DNA from: Longimicrobiales bacterium
GTDB lineage: Bacteria > Gemmatimonadota > Gemmatimonadetes > Longimicrobiales > Gaopeijiaceae
Direction: 5' to 3'
Assembly (NCBI GenBank): GCA_965116905.1
Contig: OZ220732.1
Location: 1,376,001-1,440,000, forward strand
Length of the DNA stretch: 64,000 bases
This document shows positions 18,945 through 28,636 of the stretch, in pieces; the stretch's first letter is position 1, and every line of letters begins with the position of its first letter. The notes below the pieces were generated by a model that did not search any database, was not told the origin of the DNA, and saw only the letters and a program-made list of their open reading frames with translations. The translations under genes were made by a program, and so were the position numbers.

Positions 18945-19597
18945 CGGCCTGCCTCCGTCGGCGTCAGCGGCGCGCACCCCTCGAAGGTGCGGAACGTGGT
19001 GCGGTACCCCAGCGCGTCCAGCCCCGGTTCCGACGTGAAGTAGGCGGTCAAGGTGAAGCGTTTGACGTCGTGGAAGAAGTGTTGAGTCTCGTCCGCGGCA
19101 GGGTCCTCGCGCAGACGGGTCAGTTCCTGGTCGAGGTCGCGGACGAAGGCCGCCTGCTCACCCGGCGCGCACTCCGCGAATGGGCTTCCGAAGCGCTCGC
19201 GGCACGCGGGGTCCACCGTATCGAGCCCGGCGAGAAAGCGGTCGCGGTCGTCGTCGTCCAGCCACCCGTCGACGAGCGCGGCCACGAACTCGATCACCCC
19301 CGCCTCCGAGGCCCCCGGCGTGTCCGTCTCCGGGATGATGATCTCGGCGAGGGCCTCCATGACACGGGCGCGCTCGGGGGTGAACAGGGACGGGGTCTGG
19401 GTGGTGGCGCCATCGGCTGCGTGGTCGGTGTCCCCGTCGCCTTCCGGCCCGCGGCCCGCCCCGTCACCACCTGCCTGCCCCGCCGAGCCAAGCACGCGCT
19501 CGCGCCAGGCCAGCAGGCGTCCGACCTCGTCGGGGGCCATGACCAGCGGCGCTCCAACGACCCCGCTCAGGACTCCGATGGCCTGCCGTCGCTTCAT
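18941..19597 (-). CDS. Gluconate 2-dehydrogenase subunit 3 family protein (Tat hitchhiker subunit)
   Basis: MKRRQAI Tat signal, EIIIPETDTPGASEAGV, FFHDVKRFTLTAYFTSE; ATGA overlap with the GMC gene. Confidence 0.85.
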   Translation of the reverse strand: MKRRQAIGVLSGVVGAPLVMAPDEVGRLLAWRERVLGSAGQAGGDGAGRGPEGDGDTDHAADGATTQTPSLFTPERARVMEALAEIIIPETDTPGASEAGVIEFVAALVDGWLDDDDRDRFLAGLDTVDPACRERFGSPFAECAPGEQAAFVRDLDQELTRLREDPAADETQHFFHDVKRFTLTAYFTSEPGLDALGYRTTFRTFEGCAPLTPTEAGR

Positions 19598-19645
19598 GCG
19601 TTACCGTTTCCGCCGCTTTGACGCGGTCTTGCTGGAGGACGACGG

Positions 19646-20554
<909 letters not shown>

Positions 20555-20651
20555 CCGATAATCACCAGCCCATCACAAATCATATTCAGAGCATGTATGG
20601 ACCATCATCTATCATGATCTGACATCCCACCACACCCCAGCACGGAAACCC

Positions 20652-21557
20652 ATGCTCGAAATACGAGATCTCGTCAAAGTCTACCCCGGACCCGTCGCGG
20701 CCCTGCAGGGCGTCTCGATCGATGTCTCCAGGGGAATGTTCGGTCTCCTCGGCCCCAACGGCGCGGGGAAGACCACCCTGATGCGCATCGTCGCCGGCCT
20801 GCTGGAGCCCACCTCCGGCGCGGTTCGCTTCAACGGCGAGGACGTCGTCGCCGACCCGCGGCGCATCCGCAAACAGCTCGGCTACCTGCCCCAGGACTTC
20901 GGCTTCTACCCGCATCTGACCGGCGAGGCGATGCTGCGCTACCTCCTCGTCCTCAAGGGCGTGCGTGCGCCGCAGGGCCTCAAGCGGCTCGCGGCGGAAC
21001 TCCTCGACCGGGTCAACATGTCCCACGCCGCCAAGCGCAAGGTCAAGGGCTATTCGGGCGGAATGCGTCAGCGGCTGGGGATCGCCCAGGCGCTTGCGGG
21101 TGACCCGGCCCTCATCATCGTGGACGAACCGACCGCCGGTCTGGATCCCGAGGAACGCATCCGCTTCTACCGGCTCCTGGCCGAGCTGGCCGAAGACCGC
21201 ACGGTGCTCCTGTCCACGCACATCGTCGAGGACATCTCGGTGCTGTGCCCGCGCGTGGCGATCATGTACGACGGGCGCTTCGTGGCCGATACGACGCCGG
21301 CGGAGGCTCGTGACCGGCTGGCGGGCACGATCTACCAGGGTGCCGTCGAGCAGGACGACCTCGATGAGATCGAGCGTCGCTACCGAATCACGCAGGCGAT
21401 CCTGATCGAGGGACGGAACCAGGTTCGGATCCACGTGGCGGGCGACGAGGCCGCAGACACCGGTTTGCCCGAAGGGTTCGACTCCGTGCCGCCGACGCTT
21501 GAGGACGCGTACCTGCTGCTGGCGCAGGCGAACGGATCCGCAGAGGCCGCCTCGTGA
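20652..21557 (+). CDS. ABC transporter ATP-binding protein
   Basis: Walker A GPNGAGKTT, signature YSGGMRQR, Walker B IIVDEP, H-loop STH. Confidence 0.95.
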   Translation: MLEIRDLVKVYPGPVAALQGVSIDVSRGMFGLLGPNGAGKTTLMRIVAGLLEPTSGAVRFNGEDVVADPRRIRKQLGYLPQDFGFYPHLTGEAMLRYLLVLKGVRAPQGLKRLAAELLDRVNMSHAAKRKVKGYSGGMRQRLGIAQALAGDPALIIVDEPTAGLDPEERIRFYRLLAELAEDRTVLLSTHIVEDISVLCPRVAIMYDGRFVADTTPAEARDRLAGTIYQGAVEQDDLDEIERRYRITQAILIEGRNQVRIHVAGDEAADTGLPEGFDSVPPTLEDAYLLLAQANGSAEAAS

Positions 21558-24500
21558 GCGCCATCGCCCGCTGGTGGGAAGTCGCCCGGAGAGAGGTGCT
21601 TTCCGGCCTCCGTCGCCCGGCCTACTGGGTGTTGTTCGTCCTCCTGGCACTCCTGGCCTGGGGCTTCTCGGAGGGGGGCGTGACGATCTCCTCCGGCGAT
21701 GCCACCGTCGGAGGTGAACGTGCCCACATCACTTCCATGTTCGGTCAGGGCCTCATTCAAACCGTCCTGATCATGGGCTTCGGCGCCTGGTTCCTCGCGA
21801 TCGCAGCCGGCCTGGTGGTCATCCGCGACCTGGAGCTGGGTGTCGTCGAACTCTTCCACGCGACGCGGCTGACGCCGCGGGAATACGTCTGGGGCAAGTT
21901 CGCCGGCGCACTGGGGATCTTCCTCGTCGTGTGGCTGCTCTACCTGTGCGTGGCCGCCGGGGTGAACCACATCGTGGAGGGGGGAGACGCCGAGCACATC
22001 GGAACATTCGCGCTCGCCAACTACCTGTACCCGACGCTGCTCTTCGGACTTCCGCAAATCCTGCTCTTCGCGGGGGTGCCCTTCTTCCTGGGGACCTGGA
22101 CGCGGCAGCCGATCGTCGTCTTCGCGTTCCCGGTGGCGGTACTGCTTTTCACCCTGTTTTTCCTGACGACCTGGTCCCCCGACTGGCTTTCGCCGGAGAC
22201 CAACCGCCTGCTCATGCTCGTCGATCCGTCCGGCTTCCGCTGGCTCAACGAGACGTTCCTGACGGTAGACCGGGGGGTCGCGTTCTACAATTCGGCGCCC
22301 ATTCAACCCGATACCGGATTCCTGCTGAGCCGGGCGGCCTTCGGCGTGCTGGGGCTGGCCGCGGTGGCGGGCGCCACAAGGAGCTACGCGGGCAGGCTGC
22401 GCCGGGGTGGCAGCGATTCGCGGGTGGCCCGCTTCTTCCGCAGGCGCCGCGAACGCCGCGAGGGCTCGTTTGCGACCGTGGAGCCGGCCGCCGCTTCCCT
22501 TCGCGGCCTCGACATGGCCACCCGCCCGCTGGGCTTCTGGAGGGCGGCTCAGGCGATCGGCCGCGAGGAGATCCGCGAACTGATCCGGCGTCCGGGGATG
22601 TACCTCTTCGTGCCGCTGATCCTCTGGCAGGCAATCGTCAACTCGCTGTTCGCGATCGGCCCCTTCAATTCGCAGGTCCTGCTCACGCCGGGAGTCATGG
22701 CGGCGCGGCAACTGAACACGCTGGCGCTGCTGATCTGCGTCCTCCTGCTGTTCTACACCGTGGAGTCCCTGCACAAGGAGCGAGGGCGCCAGCTGGCCGA
22801 GATCTTCAATTCAACGCCCATTCCGACCGGGTCGATCCTTCTGGGCAAGACGATCGGCAACAGCGTGGTGGCGGGTCTGATCCTGGTGATCGGCGTGATC
22901 GCCTGCGCGATTGTCATGCTCTACCGGCAGCTCTTCCAGGGAAGCCCGGTCGGCTTCGACGTCGTCCCCTTTGTGGTGACCTGGGGCGGTGTGCTCGTGC
23001 CCACGTTCATATTCTGGACGGCGCTGGTCACCGCTCTCTTCGCCCTGTTCCGGAATCGCTACGCGGTATACGCGGTCGGGCTCTTCCTGATCATCTTCAC
23101 GGCTGTCCGGATGGCGTTTCTCGAACCGTTCGGCTGGGTCCGGAACTGGATGGCCTGGAACGCCGTCCAGTGGACCGACATGGGTACGTTTTCGCTCAAT
23201 GGACGGGAGCTGCTGCTCAATCGGATCCTGTACCTGAGCCTGGTGCCGCTGCTCGTTTTCATGGCCGTAAAGTGGTTCGGCCGCCAGGACCGCGACGCCA
23301 CGCGGGTTTTGCACCGAATACGGCCCAGGCCGATCCTGTTCGGCACCCCGCGCGTGCTCGCCTTCGCCGCGCCCGCGATCGTGCTGGCGTCGGTGCTGTT
23401 CTTCGGCGGACGGGCGGGGCGGCAGGGAGAGGCTGCCGAAGAGGCCGGCAAGGACTACTGGCGCGAAAACGTGGCGACCTGGACCGACTTCGAGATGCCG
23501 TCGGTCTCCGATGTCGACGTCAGTCTCGAATTCGAGCCTGCCGAGCGAACGGCCGCGGTGGAGGGCGAATACACCTTCTACAACCACCGGGACTACGCCT
23601 ATGAGCACCTTCCGGTCACGGCCGGTCAGTGGGATCCCATCGAATGGACGTTGAACGGGGAGGCGCACGAACCCGATGACCGTTCCAACCTCTTCGTCTT
23701 CACCCTCGAAGACCCGCTGGAACCCGGCGACTCGCTCACGATTGGCTTCAGCTACGACCTGGAGTTCCCGCAAGGCATGAGCCGGCGCGCCGGCGGTGAG
23801 GGGCAGTTCATCCTCGAGTCCGGGATCGTACTGACCGCTTTCACGCCCACGTTCATGCCCACTCCCGGATACCTCGACGGCATCGGCGTGGACGACGACA
23901 ACTCATCCGAGCCCAGGGACTACCCGGACGACTTCTACGAGGGCGAAACCGAGCCCCTGTTCGGCTGGGGCGGGGAGCCCTTCACCGTGCGCACGCAAAT
24001 CACGCTGCCGGAGGAATACACGGCCAACGGCGTCGGGCAGAAGGTCAGCGACCGGGTCGCGGACGGGCGGCGGACGGTGGTCTGGGAGACCGATCACCCC
24101 GTGGTCCTGTTCAACGTCGTGGCGGGCAAGTACGCCGTGAAGGAGGGAGACGGGACCGCGCTCTACTACCACCCGGAGCACGACTACAACATCGAGGAGA
24201 TGTCGGCCGCGCTCGACGCCGCGCGCAAGTACTACTCGGAGTGGTTCTATCCGTTCCCGTGGGATCTGCTCAAGATCTCGGAGTTCGCGGCATTTGCGAC
24301 CTATGCGCAGGGGTTCCCCACGAACATCACCTTCAGCGAGGGGATCGGTTTTCTTGCGAAGAGCGACCCCAGGTCGCACGTGGCCTTCATGGTTGTGGCG
24401 CACGAGGCCGCGCACCAGTGGTGGGGCAACCTGCTGACGCCCGGCCAGGGTCCCGGCGGCAACATCCTCTCGGAGGGGATGGCGCACTACTCGACGATGC

Positions 24501-25180
24501 TGCTGCACGAACAGGTGTACGGCGACCGCTACCGGATCGAGTTCGGCAAGCGGCTGGAGCAACAGTATGGCGACCAGCGTTTCGTGGACTCCGAGCGCCC
24601 CATGGTCGAGATCGACGGGACCCGGTCCGGGGACGGAACGGTGACCTATGACAAGGGTGGCTGGGTGCCGTGGATGCTGCAGCAGGAGATGGGGCGCGAG
24701 AACATCCTCGCCGGGCTCCAGGCCTTCATCGCGAAGTACAACCCCGACTCGGATTTCCCCGTCATTCAGGACATGCTGGCCGTGCTGCGGGACTTTGCAC
24801 CCGACACGACCGCGTTCGATGCGTTCGCCGAGCAGTGGTTCTTCGATGTGGTCGTGCCGGAGTACCGGTTCTCGGACGTGACGAAGACGGAGGAAGGGGG
24901 CGAGTGGGTGGTGCGGGGAACGCTGGAGAACGCGGGAACCGGGCGGATGCGCGTACAGGTGGGCGCGACCGCGGGAGAGCGGTGGTCGGACGAGGGTGAG
25001 GACGGGAGCCGGACCGTGGTGAACGAGGACTACCGCGACGCCCGCACCGAGGTGGAACTGGGGGCGGGGGAGTCGGCCGAGTTCGTGATTCGTGCGGACT
25101 TCGAGCCCGAGCGCGTGGTGATCGACCCGGATGTGCTGGTGCTGCAGCTGAACCGGGACGCGGCGGTGTTCGAGTTTTAG
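21554..25180 (+). CDS. ABC-2-type double permease fused to a C-terminal M1-family aminopeptidase domain
   Basis: Two blocks of transmembrane helices, then AHEAAHQWWGN...SEGMAHYS (HExxH-x18-E) and YDKG; GTGA overlap with the ATPase. Confidence 0.9.
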   Translation: MSAIARWWEVARREVLSGLRRPAYWVLFVLLALLAWGFSEGGVTISSGDATVGGERAHITSMFGQGLIQTVLIMGFGAWFLAIAAGLVVIRDLELGVVELFHATRLTPREYVWGKFAGALGIFLVVWLLYLCVAAGVNHIVEGGDAEHIGTFALANYLYPTLLFGLPQILLFAGVPFFLGTWTRQPIVVFAFPVAVLLFTLFFLTTWSPDWLSPETNRLLMLVDPSGFRWLNETFLTVDRGVAFYNSAPIQPDTGFLLSRAAFGVLGLAAVAGATRSYAGRLRRGGSDSRVARFFRRRRERREGSFATVEPAAASLRGLDMATRPLGFWRAAQAIGREEIRELIRRPGMYLFVPLILWQAIVNSLFAIGPFNSQVLLTPGVMAARQLNTLALLICVLLLFYTVESLHKERGRQLAEIFNSTPIPTGSILLGKTIGNSVVAGLILVIGVIACAIVMLYRQLFQGSPVGFDVVPFVVTWGGVLVPTFIFWTALVTALFALFRNRYAVYAVGLFLIIFTAVRMAFLEPFGWVRNWMAWNAVQWTDMGTFSLNGRELLLNRILYLSLVPLLVFMAVKWFGRQDRDATRVLHRIRPRPILFGTPRVLAFAAPAIVLASVLFFGGRAGRQGEAAEEAGKDYWRENVATWTDFEMPSVSDVDVSLEFEPAERTAAVEGEYTFYNHRDYAYEHLPVTAGQWDPIEWTLNGEAHEPDDRSNLFVFTLEDPLEPGDSLTIGFSYDLEFPQGMSRRAGGEGQFILESGIVLTAFTPTFMPTPGYLDGIGVDDDNSSEPRDYPDDFYEGETEPLFGWGGEPFTVRTQITLPEEYTANGVGQKVSDRVADGRRTVVWETDHPVVLFNVVAGKYAVKEGDGTALYYHPEHDYNIEEMSAALDAARKYYSEWFYPFPWDLLKISEFAAFATYAQGFPTNITFSEGIGFLAKSDPRSHVAFMVVAHEAAHQWWGNLLTPGQGPGGNILSEGMAHYSTMLLHEQVYGDRYRIEFGKRLEQQYGDQRFVDSERPMVEIDGTRSGDGTVTYDKGGWVPWMLQQEMGRENILAGLQAFIAKYNPDSDFPVIQDMLAVLRDFAPDTTAFDAFAEQWFFDVVVPEYRFSDVTKTEEGGEWVVRGTLENAGTGRMRVQVGATAGERWSDEGEDGSRTVVNEDYRDARTEVELGAGESAEFVIRADFEPERVVIDPDVLVLQLNRDAAVFEF

Positions 25181-25222
25181 GGGTGGAAGCCGTGTGGCGC
25201 GGGTTACGCCGACGGAATCATG

Positions 25223-25609
25223 TCATCTGCGCTCGGCATCCATGGCTCGGTCGGCATCCAGGCCGTGGTCGGTCCCCCTGACGCTGATACTCCTGCGCAA
25301 GGCCTGCACTATCCACGAATTTATGCTCATTCGGTTGGCGACTGCCGCCTCGGCCACGACGGCGTGAAGTTCAGAGCCAAGGCGCAGGTTCAGCTTCCCT
25401 GAGAACGGCCGTCTGGGCTCGACTCCGTCTTCCTTGCACCACTTGAGGTAGTCATCCACCGACCGTTCGAACTCCCTGCGTAGCTTCTTGGTATCCGTTG
25501 CCTCGAAAGTTGCGATTGGATACGGACCACTGTTGACGATCCGTCCATGCAGGACGTCGATGGAGTCGTCGAACTCCACCTCGGCGACGTATCCCTTGTA
25601 CTCCATCAT
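25223..25609 (-). CDS. hicB: HicB antitoxin, full length with RHH domain (orphan)
   Basis: MMEYKGYVAEVEFD...FERSVDDYLKWC...PFSGKLNLRLGSELH...SINSWI. Confidence 0.85.
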   Translation of the reverse strand: MMEYKGYVAEVEFDDSIDVLHGRIVNSGPYPIATFEATDTKKLRREFERSVDDYLKWCKEDGVEPRRPFSGKLNLRLGSELHAVVAEAAVANRMSINSWIVQALRRSISVRGTDHGLDADRAMDAERR

Positions 25610-25632
25610 GGCTCCACTCCCGCGGCTCTCAG
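25606..25632 (-). pseudogene. hicA: C-terminal remnant (8 codons + stop) of hicA
   Basis: Minus strand reads CTG AGA GCC GCG GGA GTG GAG CCA TGA = LRAAGVEP*, with ATGA overlap on hicB, like FLERAGVRP* of the other hicA. Confidence 0.6.
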
Positions 25633-26453
25633 ACCGGTGCCTCCCCCTGGATCGTGACCCGGTAGCCCGACCTTGTCGCCGGCCAGTAGTCCCAGATCGC
25701 GTGATGCTGGGCGGAGCGGTTGTCCCAGAACGCGATCGAATTCCTGCGCCAGCGGAAGCGGCACTGGAAATCCGGGCGCGCGACGTGCTCGTACAGCAGA
25801 GCCAGAATCCCGCGGCTCTCCGCCGGCGGCAGCCCCACGATGTACTGCGTGAACATCGGGTTCACGAAGAGTGCCTTGCGGCCGGTGACCGGATGCGTGC
25901 GCACGACCGGATGCTCCGCCGACGGATAGCTGCGGCCGCCGTCGTCACGGCCGATGATCCGGTTCGTTTCGCGATAGTACGGCCCGCCGTCGTGCACCGC
26001 GGTCAGGCCGTCGAGAAAGGTCCGCATCCGCTCCGAGAGCGCCTCGTAGGCGGCGTACATGTTCGCGAAGAGCGTGTCGCCCCCGGTCTCGGGCACCGTG
26101 TGCAGCCGCAGAATCGACCCCATCGGGGGCAGCGGATCGCACGACACGTCGGAGTGCCACTGCTCACCCGCGACCCGCCGCGAGTTCTCGTCCGCGTGGA
26201 TGGGCATGACCTCGGGGTGGCCGTCGACCCCGGGGTCGTTCGGGTGCGCGACCAGCTCCCCGAAGCGAGCGCCGAGTTCCTTCTGGCTCTCGATCGAGAT
26301 GTCCTGATCGCGGAAGAAGATGACGCAGTGATCCATGAGGGCGTCGTGAATCAGCTGGAAGTCGGCATCGGTGATGTCGTCGAGGTCCAGACCATGGACT
26401 TCGGCGCCGATCACCGGCGTGACGGGTCTGACCTGCGGGCTTGTTGTGCTCAT
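25629..26453 (-). CDS. tauD: TauD/TfdA family 2-oxoglutarate-dependent dioxygenase
   Basis: WHSDVS (HxD), GGDTLFANM, HPVVRTHPVTGRKALFVN, WDNRSAQHHA; substrate not determinable. Confidence 0.85.
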   Translation of the reverse strand: MSTTSPQVRPVTPVIGAEVHGLDLDDITDADFQLIHDALMDHCVIFFRDQDISIESQKELGARFGELVAHPNDPGVDGHPEVMPIHADENSRRVAGEQWHSDVSCDPLPPMGSILRLHTVPETGGDTLFANMYAAYEALSERMRTFLDGLTAVHDGGPYYRETNRIIGRDDGGRSYPSAEHPVVRTHPVTGRKALFVNPMFTQYIVGLPPAESRGILALLYEHVARPDFQCRFRWRRNSIAFWDNRSAQHHAIWDYWPATRSGYRVTIQGEAPV

Positions 26454-26597
26454 GCGCCGAATATCGACGGACTCGCCGCAGTGGGCAACGACCGGCATCG
26501 TGCTGGAAATCACCCCGGCGCCGGGCTAGCATTGTGGAAGCAGCCCGACCCACACGCCCGGTCACTTGCCACAGGCCCGGAGGAGACCACGCCAACG

Positions 26598-28529
26598 ATG
26601 TCAGTTGAACGTCTGATGAGAGCCGCGATCGCATTTCTGCTGACCCTCGGCGCATGGGCCTGCGACTCACCCGGTGCGCCTGCGGGAGGCTCGCCCTGGG
26701 AGCGCACCCGCGAGGCCGCGAACGGTGGCGACCCGGCCCACCTGGCCTGGCTCGAGGACAACTACGACAAGAGCGAGCACATGGTCTCCATGCGGGACGG
26801 CGCACAGCTGTACACGATCGTCTACACGCCCCGCTTCACGACCGAGCCGGTGCCGGTCATGCTGTTCCGCACACCGTACTCGATCGCACCGTACGAGCCG
26901 GATCAGTACCGCAACCCGCTCGGGCCGTCCGCCGAGTTCGACCGGGCGGGCTACGTGTTCGTTTTCCAGGACGTGCGCGGCAAGTTCCGGTCCGAGGGCG
27001 ACTTCGAGGTCATCCGCCCGCTGGCGCCCAAGCCCAAAGGGCCGACGACGGTCGACGAGAGTACCGACAACCACGACGCGATCGACTGGGCGCTCGCGAA
27101 CGTGGAGGGCCACAACGGCAGGGTGGGGCAGTGGGGGATTTCCTACCCGGGCTGGCAGACCGTCATGGGGATGGTGGATGCGCATCCGGCGCTCGCCGCG
27201 TCGTCTCCTCAAGCTTCCCCCTCCGACATGTTCATAGGGGACGACTGGCACCACAACGGCGCCTTCAGAGTCATGTACGCCTTCTCCTGGCTCGCCAGAA
27301 ACGCACGCAGGCGAGATGCGCCCACCGACGCGCGGGAGGGTCCCTTCGACTACGGCACCGACTCCGGCTACGACTTCTTTCTGGCCGCGGGGTCGGCGGC
27401 GAACATCAACGACCTGTACTTCCATGGCGATGTTCCGGCCTGGAACGATTTCATCGAGCACGACACGTACGACGAATACTGGCAGCGGCAGAACGCGCTA
27501 CCGCACCTGCGCGGCATCCGGCACCCGATCCTGAACGTCGCGGGTTGGTTCGACACCGAGGATTTCTACGGGCCCATGTCGATCTACAGGACGATCGAGG
27601 CGGAGAATCCGGGCACCGAGAACACGCTCGTGGCGGGTCCGTGGCTGCATGGCGGGTGGTCGCGCATGCTCGGCGACAACCTGGGGTGCATCGAGTTTGT
27701 CGACGAGACTTCGGTGACCTTCCAGCGGGAGGTTCAGTTCCCGTTCTTCGAGCATCATCTGCGGGGGGTGGAGGGTTGGGCGGCGCCTGAAGCGTTCGTC
27801 TTCGAGACCGGGTCGAATGTGTGGCGCACGCACGAGACCTGGCCGCCGGCGGGCGTCGAGCCGGTGTCACTTTACCTGGCCGACGATCGTGGCCTTTCCT
27901 TCGATCCGCCGTCCGGGCCGGGTGGCTCGGACAGCTATGTCAGCGACCCGAACAATCCCGTTCCATTCTCGGCAGAGGAGCGGACGACGCTCGGGCATCT
28001 CTGGAAGGTCGAGGATCAGCGCTTCGCGTCGGCGCGGCGGGACGTGCTGGTGTACGAGTCGGAGCCGCTCGCGGAGGACCTGACCATCGCGGGACCGATC
28101 CTGGCGGACATCTTCGTATCGACGACCGGCACCGATTCCGACTGGATCGTGAAGGTGATCGACGTCTATCCGGACGATGCCCCGGACTCGCCCTTCTGCG
28201 ACGTGCCGATGGGTGGCTACCAGATGCACCTGGCGGGCGAGATCATGCGCGGCCGCTTCCGCAACAGCCTGGAGCACCCGGAGGCGATGGTGTCGGGCGA
28301 AGTCACGCCGATCCACATCGACCTGAGGGACCGCTACCACACCTTCAAGGCCGGCCACCGGATCATGGTGCACGTGCAGAGTTCGTGGTTCCCCGCGTAC
28401 GACCGCAATCCGCAGCAGTTCGTCAACACGTACACCGCCAGTCCCGAGGACTATGTGGTGGCGTCGCAGACGGTGCACCGGGGCCCGAACTACCCATCGC
28501 GGGTGACGTTCGGGGTGGTGAGGGACTGA
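26598..28529 (+). CDS. CocE/NonD family hydrolase (alpha-amino acid ester hydrolase-like), lipoprotein
   Basis: Lipobox GAWAC, MRDGAQLYT, RTPY, QDVRGKFRSEG, GISYPG nucleophile, GPWLHG. Confidence 0.9.
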   Translation: MSVERLMRAAIAFLLTLGAWACDSPGAPAGGSPWERTREAANGGDPAHLAWLEDNYDKSEHMVSMRDGAQLYTIVYTPRFTTEPVPVMLFRTPYSIAPYEPDQYRNPLGPSAEFDRAGYVFVFQDVRGKFRSEGDFEVIRPLAPKPKGPTTVDESTDNHDAIDWALANVEGHNGRVGQWGISYPGWQTVMGMVDAHPALAASSPQASPSDMFIGDDWHHNGAFRVMYAFSWLARNARRRDAPTDAREGPFDYGTDSGYDFFLAAGSAANINDLYFHGDVPAWNDFIEHDTYDEYWQRQNALPHLRGIRHPILNVAGWFDTEDFYGPMSIYRTIEAENPGTENTLVAGPWLHGGWSRMLGDNLGCIEFVDETSVTFQREVQFPFFEHHLRGVEGWAAPEAFVFETGSNVWRTHETWPPAGVEPVSLYLADDRGLSFDPPSGPGGSDSYVSDPNNPVPFSAEERTTLGHLWKVEDQRFASARRDVLVYESEPLAEDLTIAGPILADIFVSTTGTDSDWIVKVIDVYPDDAPDSPFCDVPMGGYQMHLAGEIMRGRFRNSLEHPEAMVSGEVTPIHIDLRDRYHTFKAGHRIMVHVQSSWFPAYDRNPQQFVNTYTASPEDYVVASQTVHRGPNYPSRVTFGVVRD

Positions 28530-28532
28530 AAC

Positions 28533-28571
28533 TGTAAACTCCGGTTGACATGATGTGAACTGGAGTTGACA
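28533..28571. repeat. Dispersed 39-bp double-palindrome element, copy 3 (most symmetric)
   Basis: TGTAAA-CTCCGG-TTGACA-TGA-TGTGAA-CTGGAG-TTGACA; begins 4 bp after the CocE stop. Confidence 0.8.
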
Positions 28572-28609
28572 TCCGCAGGTTGCCGGTTGGCGGTCCTCAC
28601 TGCATATTG

Positions 28610-28627
28610 CTCCTAAACATTTAGGAG
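28610..28627. promoter_or_regulatory. Perfect palindrome overlapping the RBS of beta-propeller paralog 5
   Basis: CTCCTAAA-CA-TTTAGGAG, 9 bp before ATG 28637. Confidence 0.55.
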
Positions 28628-28636
28628 ACGCCAGCT

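Noticed and set aside
25488..26597. N-terminal extensions of ORF-track calls (CocE from 25488; similarly rhomboid from 16, GH4 to 31861, merR from 42631, acylase to 56538)
   Set aside because: They overlap better-supported genes; RBS, signal peptides and stop/start overlaps indicate later starts.
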